Positions 53,557 to 63,507 of a stretch of DNA of 64,000 nucleotides are shown here, piece by piece (position 1 is the stretch's first letter; every line of letters begins with the position of its first letter). This stretch comes from a virus. The stretch lies in the IMG/VR virus record IMGVR_UViG_3300031964_000008; one strand, written 5' to 3'. A program made the translations under genes and the position numbers. Under the pieces are notes generated by a model. It was not told the DNA's origin and did no database searches. It worked only from the letters and a program-made list of their open reading frames with translations.

Positions 53557-53907
53557 ATGAAAAACATGAATTCCAATCCAAATCCCCAGGGCAATACCGA
53601 TCATGTGTTCCACAAGAATCGTGTGTTCACAACCAATGACGCATGGCTAGCTATCAAAGAAAGTGTTGGGGTCTACGAGCTACCTAAAGGTTGGGAACGT
53701 ATTTACGCTGGACGTAGCCTAACTATTGTTAATCCCAAACGATCCTTCATTTTCAAGGTAACGGTCAACCAAGAGCTGTATGTTGACCGGAAAATAAATG
53801 GTGTGTTCCATAGCGAGCACCATCTATGCAAGTCGAATAAAGAACTGACTGACCTAGCAGTCCAAATACTGGATATGGCTGTTCCGAAAGTTCAGAATTT
53901 GCAGTAA
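53557..53907 (+). CDS. hypothetical protein
   Basis: Abuts the upstream stop. Confidence 0.6.
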   Translation: MKNMNSNPNPQGNTDHVFHKNRVFTTNDAWLAIKESVGVYELPKGWERIYAGRSLTIVNPKRSFIFKVTVNQELYVDRKINGVFHSEHHLCKSNKELTDLAVQILDMAVPKVQNLQ

Positions 53908-53910
53908 CCA

Positions 53911-53934
53911 TTTTGTGTCTAGGTTGACACAAAA
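53911..53934 (+). terminator. perfect 9-bp hairpin
   Basis: TTTTGTGTC-TAGGTT-GACACAAAA. Confidence 0.5.
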
Positions 53935-54016
53935 ACCTGGACCCTTAGGTCGATTCTGAGCTAGGGACCAGTCTTTAACCTTGGCAGAGATGCCTAATTA
54001 CTAGGAATAGACAATA

Positions 54017-54277
54017 ATGCTTACATTGAAACTTATGACAGGTGCGGCTATGGCTGACTCAGATGCCGCACACGATTTTATGTTGATTCAAATTAATGAC
54101 GATGAGGAGCTTTCTTTCGAGAGACGTCCGCGTATAGGTGACGATAATAATTCAAGCCCTGTCTTTGCTGTTATCAAAAAGTATGGTGATGACACAGGTA
54201 AGGAATACTGGCTGCAAGGAAATGCCTACGTATTGAATGCGCAAGGTAAAACAATTGCCAGTCGTGCATCATACTAA
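54017..54277 (+). CDS. hypothetical protein
   Basis: AGGA SD; AYVLNAQGKTI C-terminal motif. Confidence 0.75.
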   Translation: MLTLKLMTGAAMADSDAAHDFMLIQINDDEELSFERRPRIGDDNNSSPVFAVIKKYGDDTGKEYWLQGNAYVLNAQGKTIASRASY

Positions 54278-54306
54278 GCTCAGTTTTCAATTAAAGTTTT
54301 AGCATA

Positions 54307-54340
54307 AAAGGCGCAAATTCTTCATCGGGTTTGCGCCTTT
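54307..54340. terminator. 11-bp hairpin, possibly bidirectional
   Basis: AAAGGCGCAAA / TTTGCGCCTTT. Confidence 0.65.
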
Positions 54341-54421
54341 ATTATTAAACCCTCAAATTTAATAGTAACTGGGAGTGAGAGCCAAATCCCACACCAACTA
54401 AAGTTTGAGTGAGGTGATAAA

Positions 54422-55657
54422 TTGCCAATTCGTGAATCAAATAACAACAGGCTACTTCCGGCCAACGCTAGGGCTGCTGATGTTGCTGAACGTATGGTTG
54501 AACACATCATACCTATGCAACAGCGCAGATACTACGATGCTTTTCGTCCGCAGGGCATAACTTGTGTGCACTTCAACAGATTGACGTCCGGTCGTAAATG
54601 CAATTGCCAAGCTAGTGCTAAACAATTAGGTGGAATCCTAGATGAACAGGGTAAGGCCAGCACCGGCACAATCAATAGTCTGATCACGGGCCAAACTCCG
54701 TTATCGTTCAATGTGACGCCCTATAACTTCAATCAGCAAAGGGTAACAGGTTATAACGGAGAATCCAGTCCTAATGCTCCGCAGAACAAAAATCAGGGTG
54801 TGTTCGATGTTGTGACCCTGGGCGAGGATTTCCCCCTAGCTGATATCACAGACGAAGATTCATTTGGGGACAACGGTCCAGTTTCTCCCTTATCGCTTGA
54901 CGACATGGTAGGCGACTTTGATGCCTCAACTATGGGCTTTTCCGATGTAGCGTGCCCCATCTGTTTTGGATCCGGCTTCATTGGCGGATTTGCACCCTAC
55001 CACGCGCATCGTCAGGTGTTTACTGTGCCTGATGTCCAGCTCCCATTAACTGGTGAAATTAATCTGGAGGATAAACCGTGGACGGCCTCAACAGAGACCG
55101 GTTTCAATGTCTTAGTTACGCTGCCCAGAGGGGCTATTGGGGTTGACGTGTTCCGAGTCTGGGACTCAGCAATTCCGGTCCCCGCTAAATTCTCTATTGA
55201 CGGAAATCCGCTGACTGGCATCACGACCTTACTGTCTTATTGCGATGGAAAGCCACATCTAGTTACTGCTACGTTTAACGGACGGTTCACCCATCTAGAA
55301 CTTCAATTCAACTTGACGACAGAGAGCGTGTATTTCGAGTTCCCAAAACGTCCGACTAGCTCTAATACTGCACTGCTGGAACAGATGGAACCGTTCCAAA
55401 TTATACTGAGTCCTAACCTACCCAATATATCGAGCATGGACGTGATCGTTGAATCACAGCTAGGTAAAGTTCTAGTGGTCCAAAACGTCAATCCTTGGCG
55501 TTCCAGATTGCAGAATGTTTTGGGTTGGGAGGTTCAAGTCCGTGTAATTCAGCCTCAAGAATTATTTCGTATCTTGCCCCACAGAGGAAGAGTTGCGACC
55601 AAGGACCGAACTACGTCAATGACCAGAGATAACGTGACAGGCCCCCGTCGCACGTAA
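54422..55657 (+). CDS. probable virion head/neck-associated protein with CxC and CxxCxGxG motifs
   Basis: CNC and CPICFGSGFIGGF; GAGGTG SD with TTG start; function inferred from context. Confidence 0.55.
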   Translation: MPIRESNNNRLLPANARAADVAERMVEHIIPMQQRRYYDAFRPQGITCVHFNRLTSGRKCNCQASAKQLGGILDEQGKASTGTINSLITGQTPLSFNVTPYNFNQQRVTGYNGESSPNAPQNKNQGVFDVVTLGEDFPLADITDEDSFGDNGPVSPLSLDDMVGDFDASTMGFSDVACPICFGSGFIGGFAPYHAHRQVFTVPDVQLPLTGEINLEDKPWTASTETGFNVLVTLPRGAIGVDVFRVWDSAIPVPAKFSIDGNPLTGITTLLSYCDGKPHLVTATFNGRFTHLELQFNLTTESVYFEFPKRPTSSNTALLEQMEPFQIILSPNLPNISSMDVIVESQLGKVLVVQNVNPWRSRLQNVLGWEVQVRVIQPQELFRILPHRGRVATKDRTTSMTRDNVTGPRRT

Positions 55658-55698
55658 TTTAACATCAGACAAGCACAGCCCAGCACATTAGCTTAAGG

Positions 55699-56988
55699 AT
55701 GATCATGGCTACCAATGCAGCCCAGAGATTGAAAGCAAGCACGACTAAAGATAAAACAGGTAACGTTAAAACGTCAAAAAATAAACCAAGAACTCAAGTC
55801 AAGGCAGCTGCTCGTATTTGTGCCTTGGAGCTACCTAAGTTCCGATATATTGACGATGTTGCTCGATTTCTTGACCAGACGGGAAGCACGGTTAAAGAAT
55901 TAAGTCAGCTAAGTGGAGTCCAGCAGCAACAACTAGCAAAATTAAATCAGGCACAAATCCACACTCATCCCTGCCTAGTTAAGGCCAGCGGCTTGAGTCT
56001 AGACGGCGAGACTCAAACTGATCCTGATCATGAGTCCTTGAAGACCTTGGTTCCCAAAATTGAACAGCTGAATACGCAATATGTATTGTCAGAAGACTTG
56101 TACGAGAAATACAGGGCTTTAGAGGCCCTAGAAACGCAGTTGGCTATACAGTTCACGGATAAGCGGGGCGAGCCTTACACGAAGGCCTACGGACTGTTAA
56201 AAGCACTGAAGGACAAGATTGGCTTTCAGTTAAAAAACGTTTTAGAATTCTTGAGCAGCGTGGCCTCACACTACGTACCTAAAGTGTTTCAGAGCTACGT
56301 ATCGACATTAGTCCAAGAGCTTCAAGAGCACGTTATATTCGAGCACAAGGAACAGTTTTTGTACGTCAGTGTCAAAGACGGAGCCCTAATCTTTACGGAT
56401 TACATCTTGCTAAAGAACGTAAAGAATGATGACCTACAGGTAACGCCCCATCTCTACATCAGCCTTCAATGGACTGTGAACCAAGGAATTCAAATTCAGG
56501 TTAATCATGAATTTGACTTACCCAATCTGTTACTAGTTGATGGCGGTTCCGAGGTTAGTTCATTGAACGAAGCCTTAGTGGTGATAGACAAACTTTTGGA
56601 ACAAGAGAACTTCAGTACTAGCCTAGCTGCTATTCCACTGTCTACCAGAATGAAGAATGATCCTTCCAAGTTCAGTGCTTCTATGTTTAACTACTGTGAT
56701 TATATAAAGAAAGTTGACGTTGATGCTAAATGTATATCTTTTAGACTCAAAGCGAATACTACTGTCGAACAGATAGACGAAATTAAGTATCCGCTTTATC
56801 TTGAGGTCAAACGTTTGTTTGCCAATAGTCCGGTCGTAAAACTTAGAGTGAAGATTGGTGCGAAATTCATATCGTTTGAACCTCTAACCTCGGGTATTAA
56901 ATCGGCGGTCATTCCTCATGACGCTGAGGTTTTGGGTTCCAAATTTGGATTCACGGGCCTCCAGATAGCTAAACTATTGCAGTTCTAA
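55699..56988 (+). CDS. hypothetical (probable virion) protein with two AAxR[LI] motifs
   Basis: NAAQRL and KAAARI; AAGGA SD. Confidence 0.7.
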   Translation: MIMATNAAQRLKASTTKDKTGNVKTSKNKPRTQVKAAARICALELPKFRYIDDVARFLDQTGSTVKELSQLSGVQQQQLAKLNQAQIHTHPCLVKASGLSLDGETQTDPDHESLKTLVPKIEQLNTQYVLSEDLYEKYRALEALETQLAIQFTDKRGEPYTKAYGLLKALKDKIGFQLKNVLEFLSSVASHYVPKVFQSYVSTLVQELQEHVIFEHKEQFLYVSVKDGALIFTDYILLKNVKNDDLQVTPHLYISLQWTVNQGIQIQVNHEFDLPNLLLVDGGSEVSSLNEALVVIDKLLEQENFSTSLAAIPLSTRMKNDPSKFSASMFNYCDYIKKVDVDAKCISFRLKANTTVEQIDEIKYPLYLEVKRLFANSPVVKLRVKIGAKFISFEPLTSGIKSAVIPHDAEVLGSKFGFTGLQIAKLLQF

Positions 56989-57008
56989 TTAATCTAATAA
57001 GGCGAGCT

Positions 57009-57779
57009 ATGGAAGGCTTAACTAAAGTTTATGCAGCATCAAGACTGCTGGCCCTCCGTACATTTGAAGGCCCTAATTACGATCATGATGCTGTTATCAA
57101 AGAATGGCTAAGGGTTCAGGCGAAAGGTGAATTACGGATAGTCGAAACAGATAGACCTAATATTTGGCTGACCGTAGCTAGCTTTAATTATAGTTTCTAT
57201 ATTTTTATCCATGACGATTTACTTGATGCTTATCCTCAAGATTCTTTAGTGGGGTTGGTGACTTTTAATAGCATTGGTGCCACACAGTTCAATGGTAAAA
57301 CCATGGAGTTGAAAAGTGCCCTGGGCAACAAGCTATACACGCCTCATGCTGAGATTAATCCCGATCATCAGAAGCAGAAAATAGTATCAAGTATCTATTC
57401 ATGGTTTCTTGAAGCCGGTAATTGTCTGATGACCGGTGACTCACATTCTAGAGCCGCCAACCTGTTGTGGAGGAACCTAGCTTCAGTGTTCCCTACATAT
57501 CTTATTGACCTGATGGGTCTCGAAATATTGTCACCAAAGACTAGAGAAAGAATAGCTAAGTCACATTTGATACGACTTTTGATGCTGGGAACCTCTTTTA
57601 GTTTTGAAGACTTAAAGGACCTCGGTTCTTCAGTTAGTGCCAAACTAGTTGACGAACCTGGGTTCGGTACCACGACAGAGGATTTAAATTCAGAGCCTGA
57701 TTTGTTTGGGGACCACCCTACACGAACAGGTATGGGCGTCAATAATATAATGCTCCCAAGTACACCCGTTCAAGGATAA
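57009..57779 (+). CDS. GNAT-like fold protein with AASRL leader
   Basis: INPDHQKQKIVSSIY and GDSHSRAANLLW patterns. Confidence 0.55.
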   Translation: MEGLTKVYAASRLLALRTFEGPNYDHDAVIKEWLRVQAKGELRIVETDRPNIWLTVASFNYSFYIFIHDDLLDAYPQDSLVGLVTFNSIGATQFNGKTMELKSALGNKLYTPHAEINPDHQKQKIVSSIYSWFLEAGNCLMTGDSHSRAANLLWRNLASVFPTYLIDLMGLEILSPKTRERIAKSHLIRLLMLGTSFSFEDLKDLGSSVSAKLVDEPGFGTTTEDLNSEPDLFGDHPTRTGMGVNNIMLPSTPVQG

Positions 57780-57782
57780 ATC

Positions 57783-59315
57783 ATGGCCGTACCTTATGTT
57801 TATTTTAAGACACCAACAACAGATATAGCCGTTATTGCTGATGTAACCTCAATGTTGATTGGGGCTGAGACAATCACCAGCATCGTTGTAGGTACAGCCA
57901 GTCCCGTCACTAGCACTCCTTTGTCAGCAACAGTCACGACAGGCACTAGCTCGGTAATTGGATTAACGATTACGGGCGGCAATGACGGACTTAGTTATGG
58001 CTTTCAGTTAACAATTACTACTAATGCTCGTGTATTCATCGTCACTGTCGCCACATCAGTTTCACAAGCAGAATTTATTCCTTACACCACTGAAAATCCA
58101 GATGCGTTCCAAGACTTAGTAGACGAAATAGAAGCCGGTAAAGCAGCCGTCGGAACATCCGTATTTGCGTTTCCCCCGCAAATAGACCCTTCCGGTGGTT
58201 TTGTTACCTGGGAATTTCTAGCCTCAGACGGTACTGTTTATGCCGCAGGTAATGCTTTCGACTACACTGTGCAATCAAATGGGTTGGCCAATACTGTAGT
58301 TGCCAAATCTATTATTACGGTGCCCGTTACAGTCCCACCATCATTAGATGGACAAGCCTATCAATTAAGATATACGCTAAGTCTAAGTCAAGAGTATGGA
58401 ACACCACCTGATCCCACAGCAGGGAACCTAGGCCAGAACGTATTTTTTCAATTCGAGAACGTTCGGGTGGTGGGGTTGAACACAGTTCCATTGGGTACCC
58501 AACCATCAGTCGAGCTCCAGGGTGTACCAGCTACTGTTTCAATTGTGTTGGACACGCTATATGATAATGTGACAGTCGAATTATGGGCTGGACCCACTCA
58601 AGTAGTGGCCCCGACCCAGATTCAAGCCTATGAAAGAACTGCTAATGGTTGGTACTTTGCTGGTGTATTAGATACCTCGGGATTAGGCGTATCCCTAGTT
58701 CCCTACCAAATAATTTGGAAATACTGGGCATCAACTAATACGGGAATCATCAATCAGGAAAATGCTGATTTCTTTGTTGTTAATCCGTCGATCATGAGTG
58801 CGGTCAATGACGTTAAAGCCAAGATTAATAAGGCACGGACTACGCTTTATGGAACACCTGATATGTTGTTCCCTGCTTCAACTATTTTAACCTGGCTACG
58901 CCGTGGTGGTGACGCATTCAATATCGCTTATGGACAGTTTACTAATTTCACGTTCACAAATGCACTGGGTGGTATTCGTGAATTTTGGTTACTATGCAGT
59001 GAAGCTGCCGCCTTAGCCAGTGCTTATCTTTCGGAGGCTGAGAAATCCTTTAATTTTCAAGGTGCAGCAATTAGTTTAGACGTAGATAGAACTCAATATT
59101 TAGAGGCTGCTGCAACTGCTATTCAAACCCGATTAGATAACGAATTGAAGCTGATCAAAACCAATCTTATTATCAAGGGAAATACTTCAGGTGATGGATC
59201 GGTCAACGCTGGTCAACTTCAACACGGAGCAATCGGTGCCGTAGGAATTACGATTACGCAGGCCTCAATGTGGGGAGCTTATGCTCCAGGATACTTTGGA
59301 AATCGTGGAATTTAA
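57783..59315 (+). CDS. probable structural (neck/head-tail joining-like) protein
   Basis: T/V/S-rich beta domains; C-terminal FNFQG...LDVDRT segment; context. Confidence 0.55.
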   Translation: MAVPYVYFKTPTTDIAVIADVTSMLIGAETITSIVVGTASPVTSTPLSATVTTGTSSVIGLTITGGNDGLSYGFQLTITTNARVFIVTVATSVSQAEFIPYTTENPDAFQDLVDEIEAGKAAVGTSVFAFPPQIDPSGGFVTWEFLASDGTVYAAGNAFDYTVQSNGLANTVVAKSIITVPVTVPPSLDGQAYQLRYTLSLSQEYGTPPDPTAGNLGQNVFFQFENVRVVGLNTVPLGTQPSVELQGVPATVSIVLDTLYDNVTVELWAGPTQVVAPTQIQAYERTANGWYFAGVLDTSGLGVSLVPYQIIWKYWASTNTGIINQENADFFVVNPSIMSAVNDVKAKINKARTTLYGTPDMLFPASTILTWLRRGGDAFNIAYGQFTNFTFTNALGGIREFWLLCSEAAALASAYLSEAEKSFNFQGAAISLDVDRTQYLEAAATAIQTRLDNELKLIKTNLIIKGNTSGDGSVNAGQLQHGAIGAVGITITQASMWGAYAPGYFGNRGI

Positions 59316-59318
59316 ACT

Positions 59319-59615
59319 ATGAAAACAAATGCACGTCAGCGAATACTGGCCTCAACTACTACGGTTTATGCCGGTGAGGACCTAGAAAAAGAAGGTGGGT
59401 TCAAACTTAAACTGGGCACCAATATTTTCAGATGCAGTTCACCTAAAGATGCTTATGAAAAGGCCGCACGTTTTATTCATAACTTAGAGATCGCAGGTTT
59501 TAGCTACGCAAAGAAGGCATCCGAAGTTGACGGCCTGGACACGTACACCAAAGCCAATCATGAAATCTCTATTGGGGTCCACGGTGGAAACCTGAACTTA
59601 AGTTACTGGCACTAA
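59319..59615 (+). CDS. small protein with ARQRI leader
   Basis: MKTNARQRILAS. Confidence 0.7.
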   Translation: MKTNARQRILASTTTVYAGEDLEKEGGFKLKLGTNIFRCSSPKDAYEKAARFIHNLEIAGFSYAKKASEVDGLDTYTKANHEISIGVHGGNLNLSYWH

Positions 59616-59704
59616 TTTAATAGTAATAGTCTCACAATCACAGTCACAAGCATTCAAAAAATAAACCCATAGTAGATGTAGGTCTAGGCTCACGGAGCTC
59701 ACTC

Positions 59705-60139
59705 ATGTTTAATACCGTACTTTCGTTCATTGTTCAAAATCCCATGGCCTTTGTCCTGTTGGCAATAGTGGTCATTGCCCTAATACTTTTATGGGTAGTA
59801 CAACGAACTAAAGATAATTTAGACCTACGGTCATTAATCGTTGATGAGCAAACCAAGCAACCTTCTATTCATAAACTAGGGCAACTCACGGCTCTAGTCA
59901 TGAGTACTTGGCTCTTGGTGTATTTAGCGCTACAAAATCGAATGGACAGTGTGTACTTCACTACGTACATGGGGATATGGACAGCCGCCCAGGCCATCAA
60001 TCAATGGACGACTAGTCGAGGACGCACGGACTTCAGCTACGGTAGCAACCAAATCCCGGCTAATTCTAATGTGGGTGGAGTGGGAATGGGTGGACCCCAG
60101 GATAATTCAGTTACACCAGCTGGAAATCCACCGCAATAG
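59705..60139 (+). CDS. multi-TM membrane protein, holin-like
   Basis: Two to three hydrophobic helices; GGAG SD. Confidence 0.55.
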   Translation: MFNTVLSFIVQNPMAFVLLAIVVIALILLWVVQRTKDNLDLRSLIVDEQTKQPSIHKLGQLTALVMSTWLLVYLALQNRMDSVYFTTYMGIWTAAQAINQWTTSRGRTDFSYGSNQIPANSNVGGVGMGGPQDNSVTPAGNPPQ

Positions 60140-60175
60140 AATTTATGAGTCAGTTTTGAACTATAAGGATAATTA

Positions 60176-60523
60176 ATGTACGTGCATGCAGCTCAGAGAC
60201 TGAAAGCTATAGAAGATGAAGAACAAAAAGTAGAGGCTCAAATTCACGAAGGTAAAGGTGATGAGCTTCGTAAAATACAGGCCGAGTTGCGCAAGCACGG
60301 CTTAATTTATAAATTCGTACACCCACATTTGATGTTCCACAAGAGCAATCCAGAGGATGTTGGACGTGAGGCCGAAGCCTCTGTTGAAGTTTTGAACCGT
60401 TTAAAGTACGCCATGAATGCAAGCCCTGGAATATTCAAAAGGGTTTCGTTCGCGGTTAAGGGTAACGACGGCGTATGCTTGCAGCGCGTGCAGGTAGCGT
60501 TAAGAATTTTCTTTTCCATTTGA
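60176..60523 (+). CDS. small protein with AAQRL leader
   Basis: AAGGA SD; MYVHAAQRLKAIE. Confidence 0.7.
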   Translation: MYVHAAQRLKAIEDEEQKVEAQIHEGKGDELRKIQAELRKHGLIYKFVHPHLMFHKSNPEDVGREAEASVEVLNRLKYAMNASPGIFKRVSFAVKGNDGVCLQRVQVALRIFFSI

Positions 60524-60531
60524 GGCTAACA

Positions 60532-61020
60532 ATGACTACTGTAAATTACACGAATGCTAAAGCGGCCTTGGTTGCTGCTGGACTACCAACCAGCGCTGGC
60601 TCCAATTGGGAAGGAATTGACCAAGCATCCTACGATAAGTTCGCTGCAGCTGCTACCTACAAAGGTGGTGTTGCATACAGCAAGTATCAAACTAATTACG
60701 GGTTTGCTTATCCATCGATCATGCCTGTATCCGTGTTGGACGCTGTAGAGATCGATGACTATCATGCAACGTTGGCCGGTACTCCATTGACTGGTGCCCA
60801 TGCATCTACACCTGTTACATGGACCCTGACCGAGACCGGAGCTACAGGTACTTCGTATTCTTGGCACCTGGGTGACGGTTCATCCCCGCAGGTTACCACA
60901 GTACCTCACCTGACTTATACCTATAGTGCGGCCGGTACGTTTACAGCTTCGGTGGTCCCGACTGTTGGCGGTAACCAGGTGCCCGCAATTTCCGCTACGG
61001 CTCCGGCTATTCTATCGTAA
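60532..61020 (+). CDS. PKD (Ig-like) domain virion decoration protein
   Basis: YSWHLGDG......H..TY.Y...GTF.AS; GAGG SD. Confidence 0.8.
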   Translation: MTTVNYTNAKAALVAAGLPTSAGSNWEGIDQASYDKFAAAATYKGGVAYSKYQTNYGFAYPSIMPVSVLDAVEIDDYHATLAGTPLTGAHASTPVTWTLTETGATGTSYSWHLGDGSSPQVTTVPHLTYTYSAAGTFTASVVPTVGGNQVPAISATAPAILS

Positions 61021-61033
61021 ATAGGAATTAATT

Positions 61034-61360
61034 ATGCTGGCGCGCAGATCACGACCAAGAGCCCGAAATGTGCATGGCGTAGCCAGCATAAAAAGAGACA
61101 GTTATTCGACGGTCAATGGGTTCACCCAGAACAATTCTTGGTGGGAACTCAGAGCCAAGGCCTATGCTAGGGATAAAGGTGTGTGCCAGGCCTTAATTAG
61201 GGGCACCCGTTGTTTAAAGCCTGGATCTGAGGTTCACCACATACAGCCGTTAAACGCTGGTGGCACCAATAATTTATCTAACTTAATTCTTTTGTGCCAG
61301 GCCTGTCACGACCGTAGGCACCCACATTTAGTTAGAGCAGCACAATTAAAGAAAAGATGA
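61034..61360 (+). CDS. HNH endonuclease
   Basis: W..LR....RD...CQ...C...EVHHI.PL..GG.N..SNL..LC..CH...H. Confidence 0.9.
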   Translation: MLARRSRPRARNVHGVASIKRDSYSTVNGFTQNNSWWELRAKAYARDKGVCQALIRGTRCLKPGSEVHHIQPLNAGGTNNLSNLILLCQACHDRRHPHLVRAAQLKKR

Positions 61361-61388
61361 ACCAACATTAGCTTCTGAAAAGGTAATT

Positions 61389-61769
61389 ATGACCATGATC
61401 ACAGCAGCCCTACGCCTATTGGCAGACGCCGATGAGAAAGGCACCAACATAGAGGCAGGTCCCGAGGACGTGGAAAACGTGCTGACCATTCTAAAAAGAA
61501 TTCTAGGCATTCATTTTCTGCTGGATGATAGATCGTCTACCAACCAGTCTTTGATCTGGCGCACTTCCGAGTATCAAGCGGTCTTGAACTTCAGTACGGT
61601 TGATGAGGACTTAAACTTTTATTTCAAGGCCTCTAAATACAAGTACGAATTAAAGGCCGAAGGCTCGGATGATCAAAGCTTACTGGCTTCAATCGGAAAA
61701 GCAGCAACGGAAGTAAATAAAAAGGTACCTGGACTAGACGAAGTCCTGTCCCAATTGCGTGCCCTATAG
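61389..61769 (+). CDS. small protein with AALRL leader
   Basis: AAGG SD; MITAALRLLADA. Confidence 0.7.
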   Translation: MTMITAALRLLADADEKGTNIEAGPEDVENVLTILKRILGIHFLLDDRSSTNQSLIWRTSEYQAVLNFSTVDEDLNFYFKASKYKYELKAEGSDDQSLLASIGKAATEVNKKVPGLDEVLSQLRAL

Positions 61770-62232
61770 AGAGAAACCTGTCATGGATAATCAAAAACTT
61801 GTAAGCCTAATTGCTTTGTTTCTTCAGATCAATCCTGAACCGTCTGATGCTCAGTTCCACGCGCTGGCTGAGTCCGTTGGTGTTGATCATGAAAGTTTAG
61901 AATCAATTGCTTATGCCATGTTGGCCGACACCAACGAAATTGAACAAGAAGTAGTGGCTGAAATAGTTCAACCACCCCAGACAGAGAGCGAAGAAGTGCT
62001 GGACGGCGAGTACGATCCGAACACAACTAGCGTTGAAGACTTGGTGTTAAATGACGGGGCACCAGCGGGAACTACTAGCCAGCAAGCATTGCAGGATTCA
62101 ACATTAAATGACGGTGTTGGCATCAACGATGTGGGGACCGGAATTGACGGTGACAAAGATGCAATGATTAGTGACGGCGTTGCACCCATGCAACTCAAAG
62201 CCGCTTTACGTCTGACTGAAAGTGCGGGTTAA
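61759..62232 (+). CDS. acidic protein with C-terminal AALRL motif
   Basis: MQLKAALRLTESAG*; start may be ATG 61783. Confidence 0.7.
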   Translation: MPYREKPVMDNQKLVSLIALFLQINPEPSDAQFHALAESVGVDHESLESIAYAMLADTNEIEQEVVAEIVQPPQTESEEVLDGEYDPNTTSVEDLVLNDGAPAGTTSQQALQDSTLNDGVGINDVGTGIDGDKDAMISDGVAPMQLKAALRLTESAG

Positions 62233-62234
62233 TC

Positions 62235-62966
62235 ATGAGTCGTGAACGTGAGGAACAGACGCAGCATCCATTTCTCAGTAACTTGGGAATTCCCGTTCTG
62301 CAGCAAGCACGGAAGCCAACGATTGAAGGATTTCCGTTGGCTTTTAATCAGAACAATCGATTGGCCTGGGCTCAGGCAGTTACTGAATCGGAGGTCACAA
62401 ACAATTCGATTCTTGACTGGTCTGTAGCTATTCGCAGATACGTTGATCTGTGTATGGTTCATGATTTGTTTCCGTTCCAGAACGTTAGCCAGTCACGCAA
62501 TGATCAGATTTCAACGTATTTGACTGAGCGTCGTCGGGCCTTCGTCAAGTTCGTGAATCTAACCGATTTGTTTGGTAACCTATTTATCAAGTCGACTACC
62601 AGAGAGGTCAAAGTAACTGACAAAGGATTCGTGCTAACAGTTAATGCTGATGTCAACGTAAAGGATCCAACGTTTGTTGAATGGTTGAAGCGCACACCCT
62701 ACCCTAAATTCCAGTTAGACACGCTTAACGGACATTACAGGCGTCAATTGATGGACGGACTTACACTATTTGCGTACAACGACTATTCCAGATCAATGGA
62801 TCAACGTTGGCATCTAGGTTACGAAATTGTGTGTCCTATTTTCCCTGATTTGCCTACCAATCAATTGCCGTCAAAGGCAGAAATTGAGAAATTCGTGTTG
62901 GATATTTTATGGCGTCCAGTCATGATGTCAGCACGACCGTTGAAGACCCTACGCCGTCTTATTTAA
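62235..62966 (+). CDS. hypothetical protein
   Basis: 243-aa ORF in operon. Confidence 0.75.
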   Translation: MSREREEQTQHPFLSNLGIPVLQQARKPTIEGFPLAFNQNNRLAWAQAVTESEVTNNSILDWSVAIRRYVDLCMVHDLFPFQNVSQSRNDQISTYLTERRRAFVKFVNLTDLFGNLFIKSTTREVKVTDKGFVLTVNADVNVKDPTFVEWLKRTPYPKFQLDTLNGHYRRQLMDGLTLFAYNDYSRSMDQRWHLGYEIVCPIFPDLPTNQLPSKAEIEKFVLDILWRPVMMSARPLKTLRRLI

Positions 62967-62979
62967 AAGGAAAAAAGAA

Positions 62980-63354
62980 ATGAATGATGTCACCACTATT
63001 GTGAGTGCGGTTGAAACCGCTGTACGCCTGGCTGTTGACGTGCCCTTTCTTTTGATTGGTTTAGTCCTAGGTGTCTTGGTCTACCGCTATTTGTTGCGTA
63101 CCAATCCAACCCTGCTAGGTCACTTCCTGACCACCATCGACACGGACGTGCAGAAAGTAGCTTTAGACGTTGCATCGGCGGTCAAGAAAGAAGCAGCTAA
63201 GACTGAGACCAGTGCTGCGAGTGCGTCAGCTTCTGGTTCCGGTTCCACAAGTTCCGGCTCTATTGTTTCCTCAACTGTAGTTACGGTGCCTAGCGCCGTG
63301 TCTGAAACAACTATCGTTTCAAGTTCGCCGGATACTACGAGCGTTAGTAAATAA
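62980..63354 (+). CDS. single-TM protein with Ser/Thr-rich tail
   Basis: AAAGGA SD; hydrophobic helix at about aa 20-37. Confidence 0.7.
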   Translation: MNDVTTIVSAVETAVRLAVDVPFLLIGLVLGVLVYRYLLRTNPTLLGHFLTTIDTDVQKVALDVASAVKKEAAKTETSAASASASGSGSTSSGSIVSSTVVTVPSAVSETTIVSSSPDTTSVSK

Positions 63355-63380
63355 GAGTAGGCCCTTTCATTTGTCAGTCC

Positions 63381-63413
63381 AGAGCCCATCCCTAATAAGG
63401 TGGGCTCTTTTCT
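63381..63413 (+). terminator. intrinsic terminator
   Basis: AGAGCCCA / TGGGCTCT stem followed by TTTCT. Confidence 0.7.
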
Positions 63414-63507
63414 ATTTGCTGATCAGATTTTGCAATCAGGATTGATAGCTTTGAGAATTGATGTACAATATTAAGTCCATGTCTTACCCTAATTTTTACG
63501 GAAACTT

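Noticed and set aside
61034-61360. HNH as terminase-associated nuclease or intron-encoded homing endonuclease
   Set aside because: No terminase or interrupted host gene is visible in the window, so the role cannot be assigned.
77-63389. Minus-strand ORFs in the track (e.g. 1401-1778, 13500-13994, 14123-14725, 49548-49955)
   Set aside because: All shadow longer + strand genes that have SDs and recognisable motifs. The long ones arise from low-complexity or biased codons. None shows a family motif.
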